Position numbers and translations under genes: made by a program
Shown here: positions 46,761 through 61,361 of the stretch, piece after piece
Layout of the letters: each line of letters begins with the position of its first letter
Position numbering within the stretch: the stretch's first letter is position 1
Assembly (NCBI GenBank): GCA_963693365.1
Contig: CAVNZM010000006.1
Location: 7,233,264-7,297,263 of the forward strand
DNA length: 64,000 nt
Source of the DNA: Amoebidium appalachense
Lineage: Eukaryota; Protista; Ichthyosporea
Reading direction: 5' to 3'
The notes under the pieces: model-generated
Told to the model about the DNA's origin: nothing
What the model saw: only the letters and a program-made list of their open reading frames with translations
The model's database searches: none

Positions 46761-48738
46761 TGGTGGGTGGGAGGGTGGGTGTGGATGTGGGTGTGCGTGT
46801 GCGTGTATGTGAGTCACCTGGCACACGTGTACATGTGCGTCGACACGGTTCAAAGTATACAGGTACGTACCCGTTTGTGTGTACATGTGCCTGGCCATGG
46901 GTTAACGTTGCCACGTCGTATGGCGGTGCTTTTGTGCATGTGGCGACGTGTATATATATGTACATAGCGTGTGTGCCTCCTTGTGCACGTGCGTGTGTTC
47001 GTTTGTTGGTGCATGGGTATATACGATCGGTATCCACACTCAAAAACTCACTCAAATGTATAAACACTTGCCCATATGGACACCTATTTCCTTTTTATTT
47101 TTTTTGTTGGACTTTGCCCATGAGGATCCCGTGCACCGTCTTTCCCCCTCCTCTTCGGGCCTTCAAACCCACGTGCACACTCCATGCATCCCTCCCGGTG
47201 GAGATCTCCAGAACCTCGAGCTAGAGACTTCCCCCTCACCCGGCCCCTCTTGTGGCCTTTTGTCACCCTGCCAAAACACCGTGAATGAAGATCGTATGTA
47301 TACGTACATCGCCATGTTCACCGTGAGACCGTGCAGACAGTGACTACCAGTCCTGTGTGTCACACTGTGAAACTTCATAACAACAACACCGCTACTGCGT
47401 GCCTTGCATTGATCCAACACTTTTCACATGCATATGTACATGTCGAAGACGGCGTGGCTGGGGTAGTAGCCCTGGGCAAAGTGTGTACTTATAGTAAGGT
47501 TGTGGAACTCATAGATAGCACCTTAACTAGTGTACTGTCGGTGCTGTGTGGTAGACGGTAGTTTCCCTAGAGGGCCTGAAAAGGCCCTCCGGGAACAAAA
47601 CGTGATAAAATAAAATAAAATAAAAAAATACATGCCGAAGACACCTGCAGTACGTATACTATTGTAGTAGTGGTCCAGCATGCAAGGGGCGAACTGCCCC
47701 AGTTATAGGAAACCCTGCAGGGACTTACGCTGAAGTTTCCCACATGATAAAGTGAATTACAATGTAGGCCTACGTAGGACACTGTAAACACCGGGATCCA
47801 AGCTTGAAGCTCGCTCTTCTATCATGCGGCATGCGGCGCACTTGCCACTGTCACTCGAGTCGGCCCGGGTACCATATCAGGAGCGGGCAATTTTTGAATT
47901 CTCCCTCCCCGGCCCCGCCGGGGAAAATTTGAGGTTTTTGGACCTCAAAGAAGTCAAATCCTGCAAAATCCACTACCGGGAGGCCAAAAAGGGTGATTTT
48001 ACAAAAAAGGAGGGACATACATGAAAAAGAGAAAATGGGCGAGTTCAGTGGGCTGCCGATAAGTATATTTCGTGCTGGGCCGGTATACATGCTGCCGTGG
48101 TTGTTGCTGTAGACGGCAGTATGGCATCGCATGTGTCACGTGACCTGCACGTGAATGCGACCATGTGCAGGCACTGAGTCTAGGGGGATTTGTATGTGTG
48201 TTTTGGAGCACCGACAAGGCAGAGCCAGGGTGAGGGATGTGTAAACATGGAGTTTAGGGAGATCGTGCTGCTATTGTAACATGTGCACAAAACAGCCACG
48301 TGCACCGGCACACTCCGGTGTACAGAACAATAATATGCACATGCGTCACTGTAATATCATGTATGCGCATGCCGCACAAGGTTTAGGAGACCACCACAGT
48401 ATATACTATTTTCTTTTGGTTGATATCCATGTAGGAATGGTGTGTTGCAGTTGTCATGATCAGCCTGAGGCAGGCACGTGCACTCACTGAATCACTAGAA
48501 CTCATGAATAAAAAATACATTCGCTAAAAACGGCAAGGTAAATTTGGGGCCAAGCTATTATTTCCCCCTTTTAAACGTTTTTTTAGCTCCAAGAACTTCG
48601 ACGCCAAAATTTCTATATTTGGCCATCGTATATGATAATGAACACGTGTACTTAAATTAAAGTAGTTATATAAATATGAGCGGCCCGTTACAAATACAGT
48701 GACGAAAAACAGTGACCCACGAGCAGTTTTTCTTTCTA

Positions 48739-48813
<75 letters not shown>

Positions 48814-50093
48814 AGACACACACACCACCACCACGGTGACCACCACCACCACCACCACCACCACTCACCCCTTAGAAAAACCACACACATACGTGCACGT
48901 GTACACACACACACAGAACACCACCACCACCTCCACTGGACCCCATTTCCTCGTTGTTTTCTTAAGCCTTCAGACCAGTCCTGCACACTGGAGTTAAACA
49001 ATTGAATTCACCTAGGCTGACATGCATCCACCCCCGCCTTCCACTTCCCTCCCCCCCACCCCCACCCCCCACCCCCCCCACCCCCACCCCCTCCCCCTCG
49101 ATGAAGAAGGGCCCCCGTAAGCCTTGGGGGGGGGGGGGGGGAGGGGGGAGAGGGGGGAAGGGGGGAGCTCTTGAGCCTCCGGGTAGGGAAGTGGGGTCCG
49201 GGGATCCGGAGAGGAGGGGGGGGGGGGGGGGGGGGGGGAAGGGGGCATATAATATTGGGCCTAGATATCATAGTATGGGGCCCCGGGGGAGGGAGAGGTG
49301 GGGGGGAGGGGGGAGGATCCACGGGAAAGACCTTTAGCTGCATGTTCTTATTTATACCCCCTTCGAATCATCCCCCCTCTCCCCCCCCCCCCCTCCCCCC
49401 CCCTGAGTGCAGGCCGTGACGTAGCTACGATAACCCTGCAGAAGGCAACAAAAATGTATTAATTACTAGCACTATACATGTGTTCATAGTGCAGCTTGCA
49501 CCACGTATGATCTCAGCAACTTTAAAGTAGTCACAAAGTTTAGTTATTTTCATTATTTTCATTGCTCTGAACTCTATTACTCTGAAATGATCACCGTGCA
49601 TGTGCCGCAAGATAACAACCCTATATGTGTGCAGCTGCTGCCTGCAGGTTAGACTCGCTGAAAAGACAATTGTCAGTGTGCATCCGACGCTTGCAGCTGC
49701 AGCTAGCCTCTGCAACATTAATACTTGCCAAGTGAATGCTCTTACACTTGATCATCATTCACTCAAAAAACCGAGGACCGACAGATTAAATATTAATGTC
49801 GATCCGAATGATCAGCAAGTGTCTATGCGTACTACTATATATACACACACGTAAAATGCGAAGCTATCAGTTACAAGGCACACCTGCTGCACTGGCACAC
49901 ATACACATACACACCGGCAGATCGATGCTGTCAAAATTTACTTTCATGTACTTCGTAGGTCCGACACAGGTGCACATGAACACGTACATATGTACAAGCC
50001 GCGCACACACCACACCACACATACACACACACACACACACACTCACACACACACACGCACACACGCACACACGCACACACGCACACACGCACG

Positions 50094-50213
<120 letters not shown>

Positions 50214-50539
50214 GACACACACACACACACACACATCACTGGGTGCGCTCGCTGGGGATTAGTTTTTTGGCACGCTGTTGACTTTATCGTGTGTTTATTA
50301 TTTGCTATTTATTGGCCAGCGGCCAACATTTAAAAATATACTATATACCTAAAAATAGATACTGACTACGGCCAGCAGACATTATACACCTTCCAGGACA
50401 CATTAACACCAATAGTCTAACACACCATACTCTCGATCACAAAGAATTCCTAACAAACAGAGAAAAGTGCAAAGGCTCTGTACTATTACTCAGATTCTAA
50501 ATTTTAATTCTTTACAGTAAACTTCGGAATGAAAGCTAG

Positions 50540-50595
<56 letters not shown>

Positions 50596-50674
50596 CATGA
50601 CTGTACGAAGAACAGGTATAACTTGAAGCACTACAACACATATGAGATCCGTTACATTGGTGTACATTCCAATA

Positions 50675-51999
50675 TTAGACACTAGTTTGGCTACTCTGAC
50701 TACTCTGAGATCCTGATTGGCTGCCTGCAGACTTGCGGCCACGATTACTTTGCTTTCGATCGTGCCATTGCAGCTGCGTCTCTCCAGCAGGTGGCAACGC
50801 CAGGCCCAGCACAGCAGATGCACGAGAAGGGGGTGGGAACTGCCCACCAGCCGAGGGCTGGCCCACATGGCCCAAGTAAGGATGGGGACCGTGCTGCGGC
50901 AGTAGCCCAGGCATGGGGAAGGCAGGGCCGGGCTGAGGCGGCATGATGCCCCACGGTGGGGGCCAGCCATGTGGGTGGTGCGGGCCTGGATGGGGTGCAG
51001 GGGGCATGTGCGGCACATGGCCCTGCTGCATGTCAAGCGCGGGTGCTGGTGGCATGGCATCCTGATTGGCTGCAACCCAACGTGGGCAGCTCTTGGCCCG
51101 ATTGGAGCCGGGGCAGCCCTTGCCCTGGCGGCCACACGTCTTGCAGGTCTTGGGGGCTCTCTGGGGTGGCTGCATAGGAGGGGGCACCGGCAAATCCATC
51201 TGCAGGGGCCCCTCAGGGCCAATGTTGCGATGCTTTTTGCCCACTAGCATGGGCAAGGGCCGCTCACGCTGCGCCCCTGCATCGACACCGTCTGGAACAG
51301 GGAGGGGTGGCAAGGGGGCAGGCCGTATGGTTGCTGGCACAGCGTCTGCCCTCTCCTCGCGCATACGCTTGCGGTGATCTGCCAGGCCCTCGTGTGTGGA
51401 GCGCTGTGCATGTGCCGTCTGCCAGGTCTTCCACTTGTCGAAATGCTTCTTGATGTAGGCCGCATCCTTCATGTAGATTCCCCCAGCCACAGAGGCAGCC
51501 TTGTTGAAGTCTTGGGCCAAAGCCTCGAACAGCTGGCCGTTGGGCTTTGCATGTGCCTTGTAGGTGCCCAGGAGCAGCGTGCTGAATAGCTTGCGCTCCT
51601 GAGGGGTAAGCACCGGAAGGAAGGGGATGGCCACATGTTGCTTCTGCGCCAGGAACTTGTAGTCGCCCCTCAGTGCAGGGTCCGGCTGTGGTGCACCACG
51701 CGCCACCTGGTTGCCCCCCCCCATGGCAGCACCGTCACCCTCCTCGACCTCACAGTCCTCTGGCCCGCCCATCACGCCATTGGCACCCCCTGTGAGGCAG
51801 GATGCCAATATTAATTTACTACGCACACTGCAATTTGGGTTTGGTAGACTTTGATACCTGCCGTTATTGTAGGACCCCTCCCCTCCACCCCCCCCATCTT
51901 CTCCCCCAACACAAGTAAAAAATGCATGTGGCTCTTTCCCCCCACAACCCTACATTATTTCTCTCTAGGCATATGAATAACCCCCACTCTCCTCCCCCC

Positions 52000-52075
<76 letters not shown>

Positions 52076-53081
52076 TCTCTGAGGCTCAGGCTCTCTCTCT
52101 TCCCTCAGAAGTTTTGTCGAAGGTGTGCATGGTTGTGGGTGGAATGGTGAGTGTGTGCTAACGAGTGTATGTGTGTGTGCGCGTCAGTCACGCATGTTGT
52201 TGTTGCCGTTTTTTTTATTTTTATTTTTTATTTTTTATTTTGGGGGGGGGGGGGAGGGGGGGCACCTTCACATGTCCGTAATCCTCTTCATTCCACACAA
52301 ATATTGCCTCGCTGAGTGCGCGTGCGTACTCAGCCCTGCGGGGGTGTGACTTGTACGTGCCGTCCGCCGTGTTTGCAATGGAGTGGAAGGCGTCATTCAG
52401 CACAGTCTGCCACACCACCTCCCCAGGCGGTGCCTGGCCCAACATGCCCTCTCTGGGAGCTGCCTCGGGTCCCCCTGGGGCTGCCTCAAGGCCCCCCGGG
52501 GCTGCCTGGGGGTCCTGGGGGGGTGCCTGTGGGCCGGCAAGGGGTTGCTGCTGCTCGGCAGGGGGAGGGGCTGGGTCAGGGACCACCGGCACCTCGGCAC
52601 CTGGCCAGGGGCTGAATGGGCCGTAGCCACTGCAGGTGCACCATCAGCTCAAAGGGCGGCGGGCCCAGCTCTCCCAGGGTCTTGCCCTTGTCGGGGCCAA
52701 AGGGCACCTGCATGGCCGGCGACAGCACCTGATCCACCCGCACCACTGCATGCTTCTTGCCCACCTTCATGCCCCCCCAGCGCTCCGGCTGCACAGCCAG
52801 CACCACCCCGGTGGCTGCTGCAGCATGTGGGCCCCGCCGGGGCACAATCTCAACCCCTTCACCGAGTGCCTTTGCATGAAGCCGCGCTGCATGTCATAGA
52901 GGGAAGCAAAAAACTCAGCCAAAAAGCCACAGCACCAACGTTTTTCTCTTCGCTCCACAAAAATCAAATGCATATTCCTTAGCAACCCCCCCCCCCCCCC
53001 CCCCCCCCCCCTTCTCCCCTCCCCCCCCCCTCTCCCAGTGCCCAGCTTGTGTGGCACTTGCACGTGTTAACAGTGCTATAG

Positions 53082-53112
<31 letters not shown>

Positions 53113-53203
53113 ACCACCACCACCACCACCAATCACCCCCTCCTTTGATAGCCACCCGACACCCAGCATAACACAACTGGAACACTGGCCCATGTGGTCA
53201 GCC

Positions 53204-53240
<37 letters not shown>

Positions 53241-54747
53241 CCCCCCCCTCCCCCCCTCCCCCTCTCCTCTGGGGGGCCCACAATCTTTCTATATCTGGCA
53301 TAAGCACATAAGCACTGGGGCAAAAAGCAGGTGGGATACACACCTGACAGGTTTGGCCTATCGACCACGGCCGAGTAGACCTGCAGGGACGCATATGCAT
53401 CAAGGGCAGCGTAGGTGGCCTGCACCTCTGATAGCGGCTCGTGCCAGTTGGAGCATCGAACAAGTGCCGGCTTGGGCAGCTTCTTGCCTATGACCTGGGC
53501 AGTGATGTCGGCCAAGCCCCGGGCCGCAGAGGTGATAGCTGCACGGGCATAGCAGAACCGGCCCAGCTCCAGATAGCTGGCCACAGGGGTGCCGTAGTCC
53601 TTGTTGAGGTGGGCCGAGTCCGTGCCGATCTGCTTGCCCACCTTGATGATGCTGGGGTCCCTAAGCAGCGCAATCAGCTCGTCCACCAGCCGCGCGGGCG
53701 GGCTGTGGTTGGGGCCCATGCGTGCCAAGTGGAAGATGTACACGGCCCGTGCGGTGGCAATCTGCAGCGTGCAAACCTTGGACCGCGCCTGGCCCACCCG
53801 ATAGACCCACTCGCAGTCCAGCCCCACCACGCGGTGCTGCTGCCCCTCCAGGTCGGCACGAATGGCCGCTGTAGCCACCACCGCCCCCTGGCAGTCGGTG
53901 TACACCGGCTTAGGGTAGTTGGCCGGCAGCTCCAGCCCAGGCAGACCGTCCGTCACGCTTACCAGCGCAGCCTCGTTCAGACGGACGGGGCATTTTGGCC
54001 GGGCTAGGGTTGGAAACATGCGCTCAACAAACGCCCGGTCTTGGCAGCACCGATCTGTGTAGAAGAAGGCCGGGCCCTTGCTGTTGAGCGCCGCCGTGGT
54101 GGCAGAGATGCGCTGGATCACGGGCTCAATCTCCTGGTGGCTGCAGTCCCGTGTAAATACCTGCGCCCGGATCTCTGGGGTGCCGCACTGTGTGAGAGGG
54201 CATCTCCGAGCAGCCATGCATGTTCTAGCTTCCCTTACCACATGGCCCTTCACGAGACTTCAGTGCCCACACAATCCTTTCCCCCCTCCCTCCCCCCAAA
54301 CCCATGTGCCCACATACTTTCCCCTCCCTCTCCCCCAAAACCCTTCCCCCTCCTTCCCCCCAAACCCATGTGCCCACATACTTTCCCCAGGCCTCCCTTT
54401 CCCCCAAAATCTTCCCCCCCCCCTCCCCCCCTAAACCCATGTACCTACAATCCTTCCCCCTTCCTCCCCCTAAACCCTTGTGATCACAATCCTTTCCCCC
54501 TCTCTGCCTTCCCCCCAAACCCATGTGCCCACGATCCTTCCCCACTCCCCCTCCCCCCAAACCATGGGACAGCCCTCCATATGGCACCTACTGTCCCCCC
54601 CCCCCCCCCCCCCCCCCCACCCCACCCCGGGCCTCTTGCCCTCTCTACCTTCAACCCCGACGGTGGTGTCTCTCCCCCCCCCCCCCCCCCCCCCCCTGCA
54701 TCCCTTGCAATCACTGGCCCCTACTCCCATTCTGCTTGGCAGAAGCT

Positions 54748-54803
<56 letters not shown>

Positions 54804-55033
54804 ATTCCCCGCCAAAAGAAAGCTCCACCCCAGCCCACCCCAATCTCTACCCAGCAAAAACACATACACACATATCTGGAGCTTCCTAGTTTTTGCTCGA
54901 CAGGGCAAGAATTGTCCCCAAAACCCACATACTACAAACCTCTACTCACAGTGTGCCACCTCATTAAATGTGGAGCCTAAGAGATTTAAAGGCCCTAGAG
55001 GGGGGAGGGGGGGGGGGGGGAGGGGGGGCGTGT

Positions 55034-55064
<31 letters not shown>

Positions 55065-55494
55065 GGCGTGTGTGGGGGGGGGGGGGGAGGGGGGAAGGGG
55101 GCCTGGGGGAGAGTGGGGGGAGGGGGGAGAAGAGGAGGGACCACACACCGCCAAGCTCGTTTACACAAGTCCATAGGCCTCGGTACAGAGGCTCCCCATT
55201 GATGCCGGTGAGCTTCCCAATTTGGAAGGTGTGGTCGGCCTTGAGCACGTTGTTTACGGGCTTGAGCTGCGTGTCCAGGCTCTGGTACTTTGCCGTGCGG
55301 TCGCTGAACTCAGTATACACGGCACTCAGGTATTTGCCTGAACCCCAAGTACTGTTAGAACTCCACCACCCTCCCATCAGGACCATCCCCCCCATTCCCT
55401 CTAGTCCCTCGTGTTCATCTCACCTCTCTGTATTTTCGTAAGTCTGTATGGCTTTTCCCATCTCAAAAACGCTACACACCCATCTCCGGCCGTT

Positions 55495-55530
<36 letters not shown>

Positions 55531-55708
55531 CCCCGCCTCCCCGGCGCGCGCAAACCCTCCAAGTCATTGCACCAACTTTCACCTTCTTTCCCCTTTGTGC
55601 CCCATCTGCAGTTTGTCCCCTGCACGTCCGTTTGCCCTTCCCCCCACACCCTCCTGCCACTACTATAATAACCATTAAGTACCGCCACCAAGATCCAGTC
55701 TACCACCA

Positions 55709-55758
<50 letters not shown>

Positions 55759-55907
55759 CTCTCCACCTCCTTTCCCCCAACACACACAGACACACATGCG
55801 CACACCCACCATCTAATTTCAGGCATAACAGTTCTCCACGATTTCCCAAGCACACTCACTGGTACATGGACCGTTATGCTTTCACCCCTCTGATGATCCC
55901 TCTGCCC

Positions 55908-55938
<31 letters not shown>

Positions 55939-56018
55939 ACCACCACCACCACCACCACCACCACCATGACTGATTGCCACCACCACCACCTAATCCATCA
56001 CCATGTCCCCCCTCCCCC

Positions 56019-56050
<32 letters not shown>

Positions 56051-57454
56051 ACACACACACACGGACCCACAAGTACACGCACACTCACAGGCGCACATCC
56101 ACCACCACACATCCACCACCACCATAATAGAAACTTATTGACCACACTTCCAAAACCCATTTCCAAGTCCCCCCCCCCCCCCCCTAAAAAAAAAATAAAA
56201 AATAATAAAACAAAACCCTACCAAGCCAACCCAAAAAATGCCCAAGCACGTGCATACAAAACAATGGGGACCATTTACACACCCAAAATGCAGTGCACAC
56301 TTGCCTGAAGGCACATGTCCAGCGTAACCATTTTTGTCACCAAACGCCGAGAACTTAGCCGCCTGCTCCTCTGGGGGAAGTTCTGTCAGGCGCTGGTCGT
56401 GGGGGCGGAAATCGTTACGCTTTTTGAGTTCATACTTGGTCCAATGCAGCGCCCTCGAGTAATACAGGAGCCGCTGCTCGTCGTATCGCTGCTTGTGGAG
56501 CTCCGAGAGGAGGGTGGCAAAGGCGTTTGGGCCCACACCTTTGTCTGCCAGTGCACGCAACAATGTTACCACCTTTAGGTCGAGCCCACTGCGGTGGCTA
56601 AGGTAGGCCGGAAACTGATCACGCATGAAGAGTGGAAGGCGTTTAATTGTCTGGGGGTTTGTGCCGGCAAAGTTTTTTTTGCATGTGTCACAAAAGTACC
56701 GGGCCGTGATAATGTAGTAGCAGCTGTCAAAGTCGATAACACGCCGTCCTACGGGGTTGCTCATGAACCCATTGCGAGAAGTACGGTGTGGGTTGGGGTG
56801 GTTGTGGGGGTCCACGTAGTGATCATCGAAGGGGCACGGCACCATGAAACCGGGAGACAACCTTTCCGGAAGCCAGGCAAAACATCTGGGTTTGTAGAAA
56901 GGCGCTGGATCGCCCCCAAATTTAAAGCCTATAATGGGAGGTGGAAGATGCCACCCCACAGGCGTCTTCTCATCTTTGAGACTCTCTTTCACTGTGTGCA
57001 GGTGCGACTTGATTGTTTCGCCCGCCGCGTCAGAAAACTCCTCTCCACCGTCATCCCCGTCCGTATTATCTTCTCCCTCTTCCTCCCCTTCATCCTCGTC
57101 TACCCGGTACGCATCTGCTGCTGCATTTAGCAAAGGTTCCTCGTCGGGTTGCACCTGTATGTCTGGTGGGTGTGGAGCAGGGGCCCGATCCATTTCTCTT
57201 GGTAACGAATGGACGCTACCTGCCTCAACTACACGGGCCCTTATGTCGGCGGCCTTAGATAGAGGGGGCTGTTCGGGTTGTACGTTTACGTTTAGTTCCT
57301 GCAAAACAGCTTTGTTTGCCGTCCCAAAACCTGCAAAGTTCGCTAAAGGCTGAACAAATGCAGCATCTTTTTTTTTGCGCCCAGCTCCCTCCCTAGCTCC
57401 GCCTGTTTTATGCCCAGGGCGCTGTGTTGTGCCCTTAGGGCAGCCTGGCTTCAT
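50675..57454 (-). pseudogene. DUF6729-type transposase-like gene with inserted DEDDy (WRN/EXD2-like) 3'-5' exonuclease; frameshifted and probably internally deleted
   Basis: Exons 57454-56305 (AT-hook-like GAGRKKK; FAWLP..CP..RRVIDFD..RYFCDTC..LP..FPAYLSHRSG..GVGP..ELH), 55337-55149 (LKADHTF..VNELG), 54174-53344 (EIR..FYTDRCCQD, then VGLDCEW, IGTD, YAALDA), about 52887-52266 (frameshift near 52610; VLNDAFH..ALSEAIF) and 51789-50675 (FLAQKQ..LPV.T..ERKLF, GIYMK, CKTC..CPG..C). Phase mismatch between the last two exons. Confidence 0.75.
54285..54570 (+). repeat. Intronic minisatellite, about 6 degenerate units containing CCCCAAACCCATGTGCCCAC
   Basis: Core motif at about 54294, 54358, 54430, 54468, 54513 and 54555. 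Confidence 0.75.
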
Positions 57455-58326
57455 TTTAAACACTTGGGGCCTGGCCCCCTGCCCCCCTAGTGCGACTACG
57501 TTACCGCAAACATTCCCGTATTCCAGTGTGCTCGGCAATGCTGCTCATGGCCTTCGCGGACTGGTTGTGACCAGTAAAGAGCGCGCCAATTGGCCCGGGA
57601 CAGCAGTGTATGATCTGTTATCCATATTCGGCAAAAGGGGTCTTGCCCAACCAATGGCTTGAATCCTTGTAACTTTGCTTTATCCATATAAGGTTAGCTG
57701 AACACCCCCCCTCCAATCATACCCCCCCCTTCTCTCTAGTAGTAGCTCCTGGCATGCCGCACCCCCCCCCTCGAGTCGGAACTTTCGCCGAAATTCGATT
57801 GGCGCCCTGGAATGCCACAAATGATTAAATCATAAAATCTAGGATTGCTTACACATCATGTTACCGGAACTGATGGCAGCCAAAATGAAGATTCTGGGCC
57901 GGGCTTGCCGTCATTACCGTGACAGCGCACTGAGCAGCAGTGCCACTTGTCACCATCATGTCAGACGCTCTACGGTTTCTGATCCCGGATGCTTTTAGTA
58001 ACTCAGCGTTAACGTTTTAGAGGGTATTCTTCATTTGCGGGGCATGCAGGTTATAATTTATGAAATTGGTGTAGCCTATTGTGGCATGCATGCGCGCATC
58101 TATTTATGCACGCACTAATATTAGCTTGCATGCACGCACCCATTTGCATGCACATGTTACAACGTATATTGCAGACGCTCAAAAGAAAAGAAGAGAAAAG
58201 AAAAAAACCAAGGGCTGCCAATTGCGCCCACGATGAAATAGCAGAAAGCACGCGAGCTTTTCAGTTGAAAAACAAAGGCTATAGCTACCTGCAGGCCAGT
58301 CGCGCTTACGCTACTGTGCTTGTTTC

Positions 58327-58953
58327 ATGGCTACTGTGACCGTGGCAACACACCGTGCAGCAACCCTCACGGCCTCCCCTTCGTCCGAAGACTCCGATGC
58401 ATGGGACCCCATCCGTTTCGTTTTGCGCAACAGCGAGCTTCTGGGCCACATCCTGTCGTTTGTCGGCCAGCCCGCACGCACGGCCTGCACCCTCGTGTGC
58501 CGCCAGTGGCGTGACGTGGCGCGCTCTGTGCCCCTCCACATCACCGTCGCACAGGACACAGCGTGGGAACAGTTGGAGAGGGGGGTGGATGCGTGGAGAG
58601 GTGCCGTGGTGGGTGTTTCTCTCCCCTACCAAATATTCGGTCAGTGGCAGCCGGGGCTTGAGGACAGCACCGTGATGCGTGAACGTGTGGTGTTTTTATT
58701 TGAAAAGCTCCTAAAGTTGCGCACTGTCACTGTATACACAAACCTTTTGTATGGTAACGAGTTCTGTTACAGAGAGCAATGGCGGGCAGGGCCATCCCAT
58801 AAATCCCATGCATATGAAGATGGTGTGGAGGGTGTGTGTGCGATAGTGCGGTCTGTCGGATTGAGGGCACAGTCAACGGACTGGTATATTGCACGGGCCC
58901 GAGAGATGTGGGATGCCGTCAGTGAAAATGTCCATGGCTTTGGTTTGCTGTAG
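58327..58953 (+). CDS. Intronless F-box domain protein (208 aa)
   Basis: VLRNSELLGHILSFVGQPARTACTLVCRQWRDVAR fits the F-box consensus (L..ELL..I.SF......LVCR.W..); normal coding composition, ATG to TAG. Confidence 0.75.
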   Translation: MATVTVATHRAATLTASPSSEDSDAWDPIRFVLRNSELLGHILSFVGQPARTACTLVCRQWRDVARSVPLHITVAQDTAWEQLERGVDAWRGAVVGVSLPYQIFGQWQPGLEDSTVMRERVVFLFEKLLKLRTVTVYTNLLYGNEFCYREQWRAGPSHKSHAYEDGVEGVCAIVRSVGLRAQSTDWYIARAREMWDAVSENVHGFGLL

Positions 58954-60423
58954 AAAAAATTATTAATATCGGGTGTGTGCACATGTGTAAGCCGCGGGTT
59001 CTGCGGCAAGTTTTTGTTGCTTGATTGTACATAGTGGGGTTAAAGTGCTTTGGTGCATTAACACAGAAAGGAAGATAGAAGAGCACGTACTGCATTAAGT
59101 CACTGAGTTGTTCTGGGGAGTCCGAGTCACCACCGTTTCGCCGAGCATGTTTTAGCGATGCTCCTCTTTCCAAGGCTTTTTCTTCTCTTTCTTTTTCCCT
59201 TTTTGTTCTTTGAACTTTTTTTTCCTTCTTCTTATGCTTTTGTGTGTGCTCTACAATTTTTTACTTTACGGAGCAGTTACGGGATATTGCGGGAGCTTGG
59301 TATTGTGTACGAAAACGCACTGCTATAGCTATGACAGGAGGCAGGGTGGAAGTCCCCCATGGCAAGACCCTGTTCTTTGTCACGTGAGGGGGGGGGGGGG
59401 GGGGGGGGGCAGCACTGGGGGGATCGGAGGGGAGAGGGGAGGTGGTGGAGAGGGAGGGGATGGCTCAGATTTAACAAATTAAGTTTGATTGGGTGTGTGG
59501 TAGTAATGTTTATGATGTCTGCAAATGTGAGCCCCCAACCGGTATACAGTGCAAAAATCTGTACACGCACGGTCTGGGAATATTGTCTTTTCAATTATAA
59601 CCCTGTGTGCATACAAACACAGAGGAAAAACATCAGAGCCTCTGGTCTCAGTAAAATGGCACTGTTATTATACATGCTCTTCGGGCTGACAAATATGTAT
59701 AGTCGCAATGTTTTTCGATTGAGCTTTCCCTCCCCGTCCTCCCCCCCCCCCCCCCCCCCTCCCCCAAACTCACATACGTACAAACACACACATCCACACA
59801 ACCACCACCACCACCACTACCACCACCACTCAGAGCTCAGGCTCACCCACCCACCCACCCGGCACCCACTCATTCATTCCCACCCTCACCCACCTAGGCT
59901 ACACACACTAATACTAAGAGCCTTTTATAGATACATTCCAATTGAAAAGATTGCACTCCGTTGTACTTCTTTAGGCTTCGAAATCAGTTGAGCCGGGCCC
60001 CGTTATAGGGCCTCTTGCCGTATATACATACATCAAAGTCCCCAAAATAGCAAAGGTTATGTTTGCTTACCTTCGAATGAACATAACGAACGAAAAAAAA
60101 GCACTCACAATTTCAGATTTGTAAGATCTAATACAACTTGCCCTCACCCCACTCCCCGCCCCCCTCCCCCCCCACCCACCCCTTCTCCCGCCGGTCGTCA
60201 TCACTGCTCACGTGCACACCTACAGGCAACTCACCCAACAGAAGTTCAAGACTTAAGATAAAGTAGAGCACAAACACAGCAGAAACAAGGGTTCGATGGA
60301 ATTTTGGGGAGTTGCCATGATCCTGTTGGGCAATTTTCACAGAATCGAGATAGAGGTAACCGACCCTACCCGAGCAAATTTGTGCTCAAATGAGGAGAGC
60401 ATTAAGTTAGTAAGAATCAGCAT

Positions 60424-60542
<119 letters not shown>

Positions 60543-60749
60543 CACGCAGGGACGCACATATGCACACACGCAGCTAAACGTGCACACGTGCACACACGCC
60601 TTTACCCTAGCGAACACACAACAATGCACGCAAGCACAAACACACATGCACACCAAAAACTAAACCCAACCTCTTTCAGAGTCTCACACACCTACACCTA
60701 CACACACACTCACAGACGAGATAATACACACACCGTCTGGCCGCACACA

Positions 60750-60922
<173 letters not shown>

Positions 60923-61214
60923 ATCTTTCCCACAATGTGACACACACACTCTCTCTTCCCCCGGCCCCCTCCCTCCCCTCCCCCTCTCCCTCCGAGTGAC
61001 TCTCTCTCTCTCTCTCTCTCTCTCTCGCTCTCCTCCCCCCCCCCCCCCCCCCCTTCCCTCTCCCCCTCCCATCTCTTTCCCTCTCTTTTTTTCTGATGAC
61101 GCTAGCTCGAGCACACACACATACACCCTGGTGACAGGAGTACAGGCACACGCATGCACATAGAGTACATAGACACACCCCACAGTGTACACACACACAC
61201 ATGTACACCCACAC

Positions 61215-61287
<73 letters not shown>

Positions 61288-61307
61288 ACACCACAAACAC
61301 ACACACA

Positions 61308-61361
<54 letters not shown>

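Noticed and set aside
46000-47800. Short ORFs and exon-like patches between the two transposons
   Set aside because: No recognisable domain or consistent splicing.
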